A stretch of DNA of 56,748 nucleotides from an uncultured Mycobacterium sp. (GTDB lineage Bacteria; Actinomycetota; Actinomycetes; Mycobacteriales; Mycobacteriaceae). The stretch lies in NCBI GenBank assembly GCA_964527015.1, contig CAZGPT010000002.1, positions 1 through 56,748 on the forward strand, given 5' to 3'. Below, piece after piece: positions 32,508-44,777 of this stretch. How positions within the stretch are numbered: the first letter of the stretch is position 1; each line of letters begins with the position of its first letter. A model generated the notes under the pieces. It searched no databases and had not been told where the DNA came from. It was given only the letters and a program-made list of their open reading frames with translations. The position numbers and the translations under genes are program-made.

Positions 32508-34142
32508 TCAGGTGACCAGTGTCAGCGACGTGGAACGGCGCAGTTTGCCCGACGGGGTCTTCGGGATGGTGCCCGGGCCCAGCACGACCACGTTGCGCGG
32601 GCGCACATCGACCTCCGCGACCACCTCGTGGGCGACCTGCTGCTCGATCCGGCGCACCTCGGCGGGGTTCTCCCACTCGTTGGACTCCACAGCCACCGCG
32701 AACGTCTCCCGGGAGTGGCCGGCGTCCATCCGGACCGCCACCGCGCAGCCCGGCCGCACACCCTGGACCCGGCCCGCGGCACGTTCGATATCGGTCGGGT
32801 AGATATTGCGGCCCGCCATGATGATGACGTCCTTGACCCGGCCGCAGACCACGACGTGACCCTCTTCGGTGAGGTAGCCCAGGTCCCCGGTGTCATACCA
32901 GCCGTTATCGTCCTGCGCCGGCACGAAACCACCCATGGTCAGATAGCCGGGGGTCAGCGACTCGCCCTTCAGTTCGATGATTCCGACACCCCGGGCCGGT
33001 AGCAGGGTGCCGTCCTCGTCGACGATGCGCGCCTCGAGATCGCGCAACAGCGGACCGAGGGTGGCCAGCCGCCGGGTATTGCCCTTGGCCGCCGGCACCG
33101 CGCGGCGCAGCGCGGCCAGCAGGTCGGCGTCGACCTCGTCGACCACCAGCCCGGCGCCGCACTCGGAGAACGAGACTGCCAGTGTCGTCTCGGCCATCCC
33201 GTAGGCCGGCAGGATGGCGTCGGACCGCAGCCCGAACGGTTTACCCGCCTCCAGCAGGTCCTCGACATCGGCCGGTTCCACCGGCTCGGCCCCGGACAGG
33301 GCGAAACGCAACGTCGACAGATCGAAGTCGCCCGACTTCGCCTGACGGCGCAGGCGCTTGCCGAACAATGCGTAGGCGAAGTTGGGTGCGGCGGTCATGG
33401 TGCCCTGATATTTATCGATGAGCTTCGCCCACAGCAGGGTGTCGCGCAGGAAGTCCATCGGGGTGACCTTGACCAACTCCGCACCGAAATACATGGGGAT
33501 GGTCAGGAAGCCCACCATGCCCATATCGTGGAAGCAGGGCAACCAGCTGACCATGACGTCGGTCTCGACGTCGTACTCCGCGCCGATGAACATCGCCTCG
33601 GCGTTGGAGTAAATATTGCGATGGGTGATGATGACGGCCTTCGGCGACCCGGTCGACCCGGACGTCAGCTGCATCAGTGCGACATCGTCCTCACCGGTTT
33701 CCACCGGGTCCACCGGCTCGGCGGCGAGCAGTTCTTCCACCGTCAGCACGGTGATGCCGCGCTCGGTCAGCACCGGGGCGGCCGCCAGGAACGGGTCGGA
33801 GATGACGACGGCCTTGGCCTCGATCATGTCGATGACATTGGTGGTGTCCTCGGCCCAGTGCACCAGGTCGGTGCGCGGGGTGGGCTGGTGCAGCATGGTC
33901 AGGCTGGCACCGCGCATCCACAGCCCCTGGGCGGTGGGAGCGATCTCGACCGGCGCCCCGGCCAGCACTCCGACCGCATCACCGGGGCCCACTCCGGCGG
34001 CCGCCAGCCCGCCGGCGATGCGCCGCGCGCGCTCGTGCACCTCAAGCCAGGTATGCCGAACCGGCTCGTGGGGCTCCCCGGTCACCATGCCCTTGGCACT
34101 GGTCGTGGCGTTGTGAAACATCTTGTCGGTGAATCGACTCAC
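32508..34142 (-). CDS. pks16: Fatty acyl-AMP ligase (Pks16/Rv1013-like)
   Basis: [40 protein letters not shown] and PKTPSGK motifs. Syntenic with ispE. Confidence 0.85.
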   Translation of the reverse strand: MSRFTDKMFHNATTSAKGMVTGEPHEPVRHTWLEVHERARRIAGGLAAAGVGPGDAVGVLAGAPVEIAPTAQGLWMRGASLTMLHQPTPRTDLVHWAEDTTNVIDMIEAKAVVISDPFLAAAPVLTERGITVLTVEELLAAEPVDPVETGEDDVALMQLTSGSTGSPKAVIITHRNIYSNAEAMFIGAEYDVETDVMVSWLPCFHDMGMVGFLTIPMYFGAELVKVTPMDFLRDTLLWAKLIDKYQGTMTAAPNFAYALFGKRLRRQAKSGDFDLSTLRFALSGAEPVEPADVEDLLEAGKPFGLRSDAILPAYGMAETTLAVSFSECGAGLVVDEVDADLLAALRRAVPAAKGNTRRLATLGPLLRDLEARIVDEDGTLLPARGVGIIELKGESLTPGYLTMGGFVPAQDDNGWYDTGDLGYLTEEGHVVVCGRVKDVIIMAGRNIYPTDIERAAGRVQGVRPGCAVAVRMDAGHSRETFAVAVESNEWENPAEVRRIEQQVAHEVVAEVDVRPRNVVVLGPGTIPKTPSGKLRRSTSLTLVT

Positions 34143-34304
34143 GACGACCTCCTCGGGTCCCGGTGCGGCGTCAACGGCGCGTTCGCCCGGTTATTGATGC
34201 TCCGCCCGTCGCGGTGTGTCGCATAATCGGCACGCCCGCACGACCGGGAAGCTTTTCGGTCTCGAATCGGTGATGGCCCGTTGCCAAGAGCCCGCCTGCC
34301 ACGA

Positions 34305-34332
34305 GATCGCCCACCGGTCTCGGTGGGCGATC
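34305..34332. other. Perfect 12-bp inverted repeat GATCGCCCACCG-GTCT-CGGTGGGCGATC between ispE and the FAAL gene
   Basis: Read directly from the sequence. Confidence 0.75.
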
Positions 34333-34469
34333 CGCAGACGCGCAGTATCGGGCCGCTGATGTCACCGCGCATCATCTTAAACTTCCCTTAGATTTCTGGC
34401 CACCCTCGGAGGCAAATTCGTCGGGCGTGTCACCGGGCATGGGACAGGGCATGACGCATCCGGGGCTCC

Positions 34470-35400
34470 TCATGTCGGCAGGACGCGGGCGCCGTGCACC
34501 GGCCCACTGGCCACCCGCACCGTCCGACACACTCCGGCGCCGGCCAGTTCACTGCCGATATCCAGGGCGGCCTCGGCGGAGGCGCACAGGAACGCGCAGG
34601 TCGGTCCCGAGCCGGACACGATGCCGGCCAGCGCACCCGCCTCGACCCCGGCCCGCAGCGTGCGGCGCAGGTTGGGCCGCAGACTGATCGCCGCCGGCTG
34701 CAGGTCGTTGCCCAGCAGTGGGGCCAGCACACGCGGATCACCCGACGACAGCGCCGTCATGAGGGGTTCAGGACTGGACAGCTCCGGCGGATGCCCCGAT
34801 TCCCGCAGCCGGTCTATCTCCGCGTAGACCGCCGCTGTCGGCAACCCACCCACTCCGAAAGCCAGCACCCAGTCGAAGGTGCTGCGGGCCAGCACCGTGG
34901 TCAGCTCCTCGCCGCGGCCGGTTCCCAGGGCAGTCCCGCCATGGAGCGCGAAGGGGACGTCGCTGCCCAGTTCGGCGGCCATCGCATGCAGGTCCCGGCG
35001 CGGAACGCCGAGTTCCCACAGCTCGTTCATCCCGACCAGCACCGCGGCCGCATCGGCACTGCCGCCGGCCATACCGCCGGCAGCCGGGATGGACTTGTCG
35101 ATGATGATTTCGACATCGGGGGCTCGTCCGACATGCTCGGCCATCAACGCGGCGGCCTGCCATGCCAAATTGCGCTCATCGGTCGGGATCTCGTCGGCGC
35201 CCTCCCCGACGAGTTTCAGCGAGAGCAGATCGGCGCTCCGGAGGGTGACGTCGTCGGACAGCGAGACGGCGTGGAAGACAGTGGTCAATTCGTGATAGCC
35301 GTCCGGCCGACGGTCACCGACGCCGAGGTGCAGATTGACCTTGCCGGGAACCCGCACGGTCACCGATGCGGTTGGCACCCAATCCGTAGCGATCTCGCCG

Positions 35401-35414
<14 letters not shown>
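34470..35414 (-). CDS. ispE: 4-diphosphocytidyl-2-C-methyl-D-erythritol kinase
   Basis: [27 protein letters not shown] and VSGSGPT motifs. Confidence 0.96.
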
Positions 35415-37589
<2,175 letters not shown>

Positions 37590-38441
37590 TCAGCCCAGAC
37601 CGTAGACGCGACGCGCCGTGCGCGCGGACTCCTCGGCGATGTGCTCGGCGGGCAGCTGCAGCAATTCGGCGAGGGCGCGCACCGTATAGGGCAGACAGTA
37701 CGGCTCGTTGGGCGCACCCCGGAACGGATGCGGGGTCAGGAAAGGCGCGTCTGTCTCCACGAGCATTTGCCCGGGCGGGATAAGCGCCGCCGCGGCCCGT
37801 AGCTCGTGTGCGTTGCGGAAGCTGACGGTGCCGGAAAGGCTGAGAATCCAACCCGCGTCGAGACAACGCCGGGCCATCTCCGGGCCGGATGAGAAGCAGT
37901 GGAAGATGACCGTCTCCGGCGCCCCTTCGGCGCACAGTACGTCGAGCACGTCGGCGTCGGCGTCACGGTTGTGGATCATCAGGGGTTTGCCGATGCGCTT
38001 GGCCAGGTCGATATGCCAGGCGAACGCCTCCCGCTGGGTGCGCGGCTGGGCGCAGCCGTCGAGTTTCCCCGGCCAGTACAGGTCCATCCCGGTCTCGCCG
38101 ATTGCCACCACCCGCGGCCGGGTTGCGAGGTTCTCGATCTCGGCACGCGCGGCGTCGCCCCTGGGCCCGGTCAGGGCATCGGCCCGAGTCGGGTGCAACG
38201 CGACGGCCGCGTAGACCCGGTCATCCCACTGGCTGGCGCCGGCCGCCCACCGGGCCGAGTCGAGGTCATCGGCAATCGTGACCATCGCGACCACGCCGAC
38301 CTTCTCGGCGCGGTCGGCAATGGCACGCACGTCCTCGGCAGTGCGGGCACCACACGCGTCCAGGTGGGTGTGCGCGTCGATCAGCGGCGCCAGCGGCGAA
38401 GGTGGCGGCGGCGCGGCGCGCTCGGAACGCTTCGAACTCAC
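37590..38441 (-). CDS. tatD: TatD family deoxyribonuclease
   Basis: DAHTH, HP, GETGMD, H.R, HCFS and ETDAPFL motifs. Confidence 0.93.
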   Translation of the reverse strand: MSSKRSERAAPPPPSPLAPLIDAHTHLDACGARTAEDVRAIADRAEKVGVVAMVTIADDLDSARWAAGASQWDDRVYAAVALHPTRADALTGPRGDAARAEIENLATRPRVVAIGETGMDLYWPGKLDGCAQPRTQREAFAWHIDLAKRIGKPLMIHNRDADADVLDVLCAEGAPETVIFHCFSSGPEMARRCLDAGWILSLSGTVSFRNAHELRAAAALIPPGQMLVETDAPFLTPHPFRGAPNEPYCLPYTVRALAELLQLPAEHIAEESARTARRVYGLG

Positions 38442-38491
38442 CGGCACACCGTAAACCTCCATCGAACCCCACCGAATAGGGTGAGTCCGCC

Positions 38492-40045
38492 ATGACCGAA
38501 CCGTTCTATGTGACCACCGCGATCGCCTACCCGAACGGCGCACCGCATGTCGGACACGCCTACGAGTACGTCGCCACCGACGCGATCGCCCGGTTCAAGC
38601 GGCTGGACGGCTTCGATGTGCGCTTCCTGACCGGCACCGACGAGCACGGGCTGAAGATGGCCCAGGCCGCCGCCGCCGCGGGGATGACAACCGCCGACTT
38701 CGCCCGGCGTAATTCCGACGCCTTTGAGCGACTGCAGGAGATGCTGAACATCTCCTTCGACCGTTTCGTGCGCACCACCGATCCGGACCATTACGCGGCA
38801 TCGACGGCAATCTGGCAGCAGATGGCCGAGCGCGGCGATATCTATCCGGATACCTATGCCGGGTGGTACTCGGTGCGCGACGAGCGATTCTTCACCGAGG
38901 CCGAGACCATCATCAACGGTGACGGCATTCGGGTCGCGGCCGAGACCGGCACCCCGGTGACCTGGACCGAGGAGCAGACCTATTTCTTCCGACTGTCCGC
39001 CTACGCCGACCGCCTGCTGACCCACTACGCCCGCCATCCGGAGTTCATCGCACCCGAGGCCCGCCGCAACGAGGTGGTGAACTTCGTCTCGGGGGGTCTG
39101 CGCGACCTGTCGATCTCACGCACCTCGTTCGATTGGGGGGTGCCGGTGCCGGGCGACCCCGACCACGTGATGTACGTCTGGGTCGACGCTCTGACCAATT
39201 ACCTGACCGGTGCCGGGTATCCCGATACCTCCTCGGCGATCTACCAGCGATTTTGGCCCGCCGATCTGCACATGATCGGTAAGGACATCATCCGATTCCA
39301 TACCGTGTACTGGCCGGCATTTCTGATGTCGGCCGGAATCCCGTTGCCGCGCCGGGTCTTTGCGCACGGATTCTTGTACAACCGGGGCGAGAAGATGAGC
39401 AAGTCGGTGGGGAACGTCGTGGATCCGGTCTCCCTGGTGGAGACGTTCGGCGTCGACCAGGTCCGCTATTTCCTGCTGCGCGAGGTGCCCTTCGGTCAGG
39501 ACGGCAGCTACAGCGAAGACGCCATCATCGCCCGGATCAACACCGATCTCGCCAACGAACTGGGCAACCTCGCGCAGCGGTCGCTGTCGATGGTCGCCAA
39601 GAACCTCGGAGCCCAGATTCCCGAACCCGGCGAAGTCAGCGCCGAGGACGAGGAACTGCTGGCCATCGCCGGCGCCCTGCTGCCGCGGGTGCGCGCGGCC
39701 TTCGACGAGCAGGCCATGCATCAGGGTCTTGAGGCGATCTGGCTGATGTTGGGCGCGGCCAACCGGTACTTCTCGGCCCAACAGCCGTGGGTGCTGCGAA
39801 AATCCGACACCGAAGCCGATCAGACCCGCTTCCGCACCGTGCTCTACACCACACTGGAAGCGGTGCGGATCGCGGCGGTGCTGGTCCAGCCGGTGATGCC
39901 GAACTCAGCCTCCCGGCTGCTCGATCTGCTCGGACAGCCGGCCGACTGCCGCGACTTCGCGTCGCTGGCACAGCGCATGGCGCCGGGTACCGAACTCCCG
40001 GCCCCCACCGGGGTGTTCCCCCGTTACGAGGCTCCGGCCCGCTAA
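38492..40045 (+). CDS. metG: Methionine--tRNA ligase
   Basis: HVGH, GTDEHG, YVWVDAL and KMSKS motifs. Confidence 0.97.
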   Translation: MTEPFYVTTAIAYPNGAPHVGHAYEYVATDAIARFKRLDGFDVRFLTGTDEHGLKMAQAAAAAGMTTADFARRNSDAFERLQEMLNISFDRFVRTTDPDHYAASTAIWQQMAERGDIYPDTYAGWYSVRDERFFTEAETIINGDGIRVAAETGTPVTWTEEQTYFFRLSAYADRLLTHYARHPEFIAPEARRNEVVNFVSGGLRDLSISRTSFDWGVPVPGDPDHVMYVWVDALTNYLTGAGYPDTSSAIYQRFWPADLHMIGKDIIRFHTVYWPAFLMSAGIPLPRRVFAHGFLYNRGEKMSKSVGNVVDPVSLVETFGVDQVRYFLLREVPFGQDGSYSEDAIIARINTDLANELGNLAQRSLSMVAKNLGAQIPEPGEVSAEDEELLAIAGALLPRVRAAFDEQAMHQGLEAIWLMLGAANRYFSAQQPWVLRKSDTEADQTRFRTVLYTTLEAVRIAAVLVQPVMPNSASRLLDLLGQPADCRDFASLAQRMAPGTELPAPTGVFPRYEAPAR

Positions 40046-40129
40046 CCGCGTTCAACGGCGACGTTCCCCGAATGTCCCGGGGCTCCGCCGAACTTTGCGT
40101 CTGCCTGCCGGAGGCAGCAAGCTGTATCG

Positions 40130-41380
40130 ATGCTGACCGAGCGACTGGGAGCGCTGGGGACGGCCGCCGCCGTGCTGCGCGCGGTCGACGCGGGGACGCG
40201 CCGCGCCGGCCTGGCGCCGCCGGCCGCGCTGATCGGCGACTGGTTCGGCTCGGCCGCGGTGATCGCCCCCAGCGTCGCGTTGCTGCCCGCCGACCCGGCC
40301 GCCGTGTTCGACGTCCGACCAGGCACCCGAACGGATGCGGTCGGCGGCGGCTGGATCGGCTACCTGTCCTACCCCGATGGCTCCGGCAATGGGAACCCAC
40401 CGCGTATCCCCGAGGCCGCCGGCGGCTGGACCGACTGCGTGCTTCGACTCGACCGCGGTGATTGCTGGTGGTACGAGAGCCTGTCCGGAGCCCCGGTACC
40501 TGGCTGGCTTACCGGTGCGCTTGCCGCCGAGGCACCGGCGAGGCCCTGCGCGATCGATTGGGCCGGGCCGGATTTCGGGAGTCACCGCCGCGGGATCCTG
40601 TCATGTCTTGACGCCATCGGCCTCGGTGAGGTGTACCAAGCCTGCGTATGCACCCAATTCACCGGCACCCTGCACGGGTCGGCGCTGGATTTCTTCGCGG
40701 ACGCGGTTGGGCGCACGGCACCGGCGCGGGCCGCCTACCTCACCGGAGACTGGGGTGCGGTCGCCTCGCTGTCGCCGGAGTTGTTCCTGCGCCGGTCCGG
40801 CGATGCCATCACCTCCAGTCCGATCAAGGGCACTCTGCCGCTGCACGCCGAGCCCGCCGACTTGCGGGAGTCGGTCAAGGACGTGGCCGAGAACATCATG
40901 ATCGTCGACCTGGTCAGAAACGACCTCGGCCGGATCGCCGACGTCGGCTCGGTGACGGTCCCCGAATTGCTGGCGGTACGTCCCGCGCCGGGGGTGTGGC
41001 ATCTGGTCTCGACGGTCGGCGCGCGGGTTCCGGCAGCGGTGTCGACGCCGGCGGTGCTGGCCGCGACCTTTCCTCCGGCATCGGTCACCGGGACTCCGAA
41101 AGCCCGTGCACGGCAGCTTCTTTCGCAGTGGGAGCCGCGGCGGCGAGGCGTGTACTGCGGCACCCTGGGGCTGGCCTCCCCCATCGCGGGCTGCGAACTC
41201 AACGTCGCGATCCGCACGGTGGAGTTCGACGCGCATGGCGGGGTGGTGCTGGGCGTCGGGGGCGGTATCACCGCCGACTCCGACCCGGCCGCGGAATGGC
41301 AGGAGTGCCTACACAAGGCCGCCCCGATCCTGGGCCCACCCGGTGCTCAGCTCTCCCGGGCGCGCAGCACGGCATCGTAG
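40130..41380 (+). CDS. pabB: Aminodeoxychorismate synthase component I
   Basis: GEVYQ, SPELF, PIKGT, ENIMIVDLVRNDL, FP..SVTG.PK and AIRT motifs. Confidence 0.88.
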   Translation: MLTERLGALGTAAAVLRAVDAGTRRAGLAPPAALIGDWFGSAAVIAPSVALLPADPAAVFDVRPGTRTDAVGGGWIGYLSYPDGSGNGNPPRIPEAAGGWTDCVLRLDRGDCWWYESLSGAPVPGWLTGALAAEAPARPCAIDWAGPDFGSHRRGILSCLDAIGLGEVYQACVCTQFTGTLHGSALDFFADAVGRTAPARAAYLTGDWGAVASLSPELFLRRSGDAITSSPIKGTLPLHAEPADLRESVKDVAENIMIVDLVRNDLGRIADVGSVTVPELLAVRPAPGVWHLVSTVGARVPAAVSTPAVLAATFPPASVTGTPKARARQLLSQWEPRRRGVYCGTLGLASPIAGCELNVAIRTVEFDAHGGVVLGVGGGITADSDPAAEWQECLHKAAPILGPPGAQLSRARSTAS

Positions 41381-42186
41381 AGTTCGCGCCGCGACGGCGC
41401 ACCCGGATGCGCGGCCACCACCGTTGCGCAGGCATCTTTAACCCGCATACCGTCCTGCACCAACGCCATCACAGCGGCCAGCAACTCGTCGGGATCCGCT
41501 ACCGGTGTGGCACCGTCCAGCACCACGGTGACCTCGCCGAGAACCCCCTCGGCGGCCCACTCCGCGAGTTCACCGAGCGTTCCCCGGCGGATCTCCTCGT
41601 GGACCTTCGTCAGTTCCCGGCACACCGCGGCCCGGCGCTCGGCGCCCAGCTGCGTGCAGGCGTCGCGCAAACAGTCCCCGAGCCGACGCGGCGACTCGAA
41701 GAACACCACGGTGCGGGTTTCGGCTGCCAGCCCGGCAAGCCAGCCACGCCGCGCCGTCGGTTTTCGCGGGGCGAAACCCTCGAAGCAGAACCGGCCGGAG
41801 GGCAATCCCGAAACGGCCAACGCGGTGGTGACCGCCGACGGCCCGGGCAGGCAGGAAACCGGCCAACCCCCGGCGATACAGGCCGCGACGATCCGGTAGC
41901 CGGGGTCGTTTATGAGCGGCATCCCGGCATCGCTGACCACGAGCACGGTGGCCCCGGCCGCGATATCGGCGACCAGCGTGGGCACCCGGGATTGCTCGTT
42001 CTCGTCGAACAGGCTGACGACCCTGCCACCGATCGTCACGCCCAGCGACCTCACCAGCATCCGGATCCGTCGAGTGTCCTCGGCCGCCACGACGTCGGCA
42101 TCAGACAGGGCGTCGATCAGGCGTTTCGAAGCATCGGATGGCTGGCCGAGCGGGGTGGCGGCGAGGAGCAGGCGGCCGGATGTCAT
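41347..42186 (-). CDS. rsmI: 16S rRNA C1402 2'-O-methyltransferase
   Basis: ATPLG, AEDTR, SDAGMP.INDPG, PGPSA, FESP.R and RELTK.HEE motifs. Confidence 0.95.
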   Translation of the reverse strand: MTSGRLLLAATPLGQPSDASKRLIDALSDADVVAAEDTRRIRMLVRSLGVTIGGRVVSLFDENEQSRVPTLVADIAAGATVLVVSDAGMPLINDPGYRIVAACIAGGWPVSCLPGPSAVTTALAVSGLPSGRFCFEGFAPRKPTARRGWLAGLAAETRTVVFFESPRRLGDCLRDACTQLGAERRAAVCRELTKVHEEIRRGTLGELAEWAAEGVLGEVTVVLDGATPVADPDELLAAVMALVQDGMRVKDACATVVAAHPGAPSRRELYDAVLRARES

Positions 42187-42212
42187 ACCGGACACCCTAC
42201 GATTGGCGGGCA

Positions 42213-43763
42213 ATGACCATGACCGCTGACGATCTCGGGACGCCCGGGCGCCCCGCCCCCGTCATCAGCCCGGAACCTCTGGTTCCGGTCGCAGACTTCG
42301 GCCCCGCCGACCGCATACAGGGCTGGGCGGCGACGTCGGTGATCGCCGCGCTGGCCGCGCTGACCAGATTCATGAACCTGGGCTCCCCCACCGATGCCGG
42401 GACACCGATTTTCGATGAGAAGCATTACGCGCCGCAGGCCTGGCAACTGCTGCACAACTACGGCGTGGAAGACAACCCCGGGTTCGGTCTGGTGGTGCAC
42501 CCGCCCCTGGGCAAACAGCTGATCGCGATCGGCGAGGCGCTCTTCGGCTACACCGGACTGGGCTGGCGGTTCAGTGGCGCAGTGTTCGGGGTGATCCTGG
42601 CGGTGCTGGTGATGCGCACCGCGCGCCGGATCAGCCGGTCGACGCTGATCGGTTCCATCGCCGGGCTGCTGGTCATCGCCGACGGTGTCAGCTTCGTCGC
42701 CGCGCGCACCGCACTGCTCGATATCTTCATGACCGTCTTCGTCGTCGGGGCGTTCGGCGCTCTGATGGTCGATCGCGATCAGGTCCGCCGGCGGCTGGAG
42801 ATCGCGCGGCGACAGGGCCGGATCGCCGAGACCCCGTGGGGTCCGAGGCTCGGCGTGCGCTGGTGGCGATTCGGCGCCGGCGTGCTGCTCGGACTGGCAT
42901 TCGCGACGAAATGGTCGGGGCTCTACTACATCGCCTTCTTCGGGCTGATGTCGCTGGGCATGGACGTCGCGGCACGGCGGGCCTACCGGGTGCCGCGGCC
43001 GTGGGCCGGGACGCTACGTCGCGATACCGGCCCGGCCGCATATGTCCTGGGTCTGATTCCCGCCGGTATCTACCTACTCGCCTATGCGCCGTGGTTCGCC
43101 TCCGAGACGGCAATCAATCGCTATGAGGTGGGCCAGTCGATTGGGGAGCGGCAATGGTGGCAGCCGCCGGATGCCATCCGGTCTCTGTGGCACTACACCT
43201 ACCGGGCTTTTGATTTCCATTCCACGCTGACGAACTCCGCCGGCAACCACCATCCGTGGGAATCGAAGCCCTGGACCTGGCCGATGTCGCTACGACCGGT
43301 GCTGTACGCCATCGACAACCAGGATGTTCCCGGCTGCGGGGCGTCATCCTGTGTCAAGGCGGTCATGCTGGTCGGAACCCCGACGATGTGGTGGGTGGCC
43401 GTGCCGGTGCTGCTGTACGCCGCGTGGCGGTCACTGGTCCGGCGCGACTGGCGCTACGGCGTCGTGCTGGTGGGGTACCTGGCGGGTTGGCTGCCGTGGC
43501 TGGTCAACGCCGACCGGCAGATGTACTTCTTTTACGCCGTTCCGCTGGCGCCGTTCCTGATGATGGCGATCGCGCTGATCCTGGGGGACATCCTCTATCA
43601 GCCGACCCGCAACCCGGAGCGGCGGACCCTCGGCCTGATCGCGGTCAGTTGCTACCTGGCCCTGGCGATCACCAATTTCGCCTGGCTGTTCCCCATTCTG
43701 ACCGGCATCCCCGTTTCGCAGGCTACCTGGAATTTAGAGATGTGGCTTCCTAGCTGGCGGTGA
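42213..43763 (+). CDS. pmt: Protein O-mannosyltransferase (GT39)
   Basis: FDEKHY, VHPPLGK, TKWSG, HPWESKPW and RQMYFFY motifs; multiple TM helices. Confidence 0.93.
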   Translation: MTMTADDLGTPGRPAPVISPEPLVPVADFGPADRIQGWAATSVIAALAALTRFMNLGSPTDAGTPIFDEKHYAPQAWQLLHNYGVEDNPGFGLVVHPPLGKQLIAIGEALFGYTGLGWRFSGAVFGVILAVLVMRTARRISRSTLIGSIAGLLVIADGVSFVAARTALLDIFMTVFVVGAFGALMVDRDQVRRRLEIARRQGRIAETPWGPRLGVRWWRFGAGVLLGLAFATKWSGLYYIAFFGLMSLGMDVAARRAYRVPRPWAGTLRRDTGPAAYVLGLIPAGIYLLAYAPWFASETAINRYEVGQSIGERQWWQPPDAIRSLWHYTYRAFDFHSTLTNSAGNHHPWESKPWTWPMSLRPVLYAIDNQDVPGCGASSCVKAVMLVGTPTMWWVAVPVLLYAAWRSLVRRDWRYGVVLVGYLAGWLPWLVNADRQMYFFYAVPLAPFLMMAIALILGDILYQPTRNPERRTLGLIAVSCYLALAITNFAWLFPILTGIPVSQATWNLEMWLPSWR

Positions 43764-43783
43764 TCGGCGGCGAGTCCAACCCG

Positions 43784-43839
43784 CACGAGATCGACACCAA
43801 GGCTGCCGATACCAGCTTATCCACAGCCCTGGGGTCGAT
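43784..43839. repeat. Left palindromic (REP-like) unit flanking the DUF559 gene
   Basis: ATCGACACCAAGGCTG (43790-43805) pairs with CAGCCCTGGGGTCGAT (43824-43839) at 14/16. Contains TTATCCACA. Confidence 0.8.
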
Positions 43840-43880
43840 GTGAAGACTTGGCGCCGCGCGGCGGCGCACCATCGGTGCCC

Positions 43881-44774
43881 ATGGCCTTCCTCGGCAGTGA
43901 AGCCCTGCGCAGCGGGCGACTCACCAGGGGGCAACTGCGCTGGAATTACACCGCCGTCCATCCCGATGTCTACATCGACAAGGATGCCCGGCGATCGCTG
44001 CGGGTGAACACAGCCGCCGCCGCGCTCTGGGTGCCGGGCGGCATCATCACCGGCCGGGCCGCGGCAGCTCTGCATGGGGCCGGATTCGTCGATGAAGACA
44101 CTCCCATCGAGGTCATCGGCCGCAGTCGACGGCCCCGCCCCGGTGTCATCGTTCGTTCCGAACGTATCGCCGATGACGAGACGACGACCTCGGCGGGCCT
44201 GAGAGCCAGCACACCCGCCCGGACGGCTCTGGACCTCGCCCGACATCTCTCCCGGACGCAGGCCCTCGTGCATCTCGACGCGCTGGCGGCCGCGACGGGT
44301 ATCACCCCGCATCAGGTGCGCACCCTGGCCGATCGCTATCCCGGCGCCCGCGGTGTGCGACTGGCCCGGGATCGGGTTGCGCTGCTGGATCCGGGGGCCC
44401 AGTCGCCCCGCGAGTCCTGGCTACGCCTGCTGGTGATGGACGCGGGTTTCCCCAGGCCGCAAACCCAGATCGGGGTGTTCCATCGCGGTTTCACCGCCTT
44501 CATCGACATGGGCTGGAAAGAGTTGAAGATAGGCCTGGAATACGACGGCGAAACACACCTCGCGGACCGGCACCGGTTCGTCAGGGACATCGGCCGCTAC
44601 GAGACCTTGAGTCAGCTGGGCTGGCTGATCATCCGCGTGGTCAAGGAGCACAGCCGGACCTTCATCCTGCACCGCTTGCATGAGGCGTTCCGGCGCCGTT
44701 GCCCGTCACGAAATCCACCTGAGGGCTGCGGCCCGGGCAAGGATCACAGCCCTGGTGTCGACCCCGCGGCATAG
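43881..44774 (+). CDS. AbiEi-like N-terminal / DUF559 (Vsr-like PD-(D/E)XK) endonuclease-family protein
   Basis: F.GSEAL..G.LT, TPARTALDLAR, SPRESWLRL, DMGW...IGLEYDG..H and RDI.R...L..LGW.IIRV motifs. Confidence 0.75.
   Translation: MAFLGSEALRSGRLTRGQLRWNYTAVHPDVYIDKDARRSLRVNTAAAALWVPGGIITGRAAAALHGAGFVDEDTPIEVIGRSRRPRPGVIVRSERIADDETTTSAGLRASTPARTALDLARHLSRTQALVHLDALAAATGITPHQVRTLADRYPGARGVRLARDRVALLDPGAQSPRESWLRLLVMDAGFPRPQTQIGVFHRGFTAFIDMGWKELKIGLEYDGETHLADRHRFVRDIGRYETLSQLGWLIIRVVKEHSRTFILHRLHEAFRRRCPSRNPPEGCGPGKDHSPGVDPAA
44707..44761. repeat. Right palindromic (REP-like) unit, a direct-repeat relative of 43784-43838
   Basis: CACGAAATCCACCTGAGGGCTG-N16-CACAGCCCTGGTGTCGA versus CACGAGATCGACACCAAGGCTG-N16-CACAGCCCTGGGGTCGA. 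Confidence 0.75.
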
Positions 44775-44777
44775 CGC

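Noticed and set aside
41347-41380. 34-bp convergent overlap of pabB and rsmI
   Set aside because: Short 3' overlaps are ordinary in GC-rich genomes.
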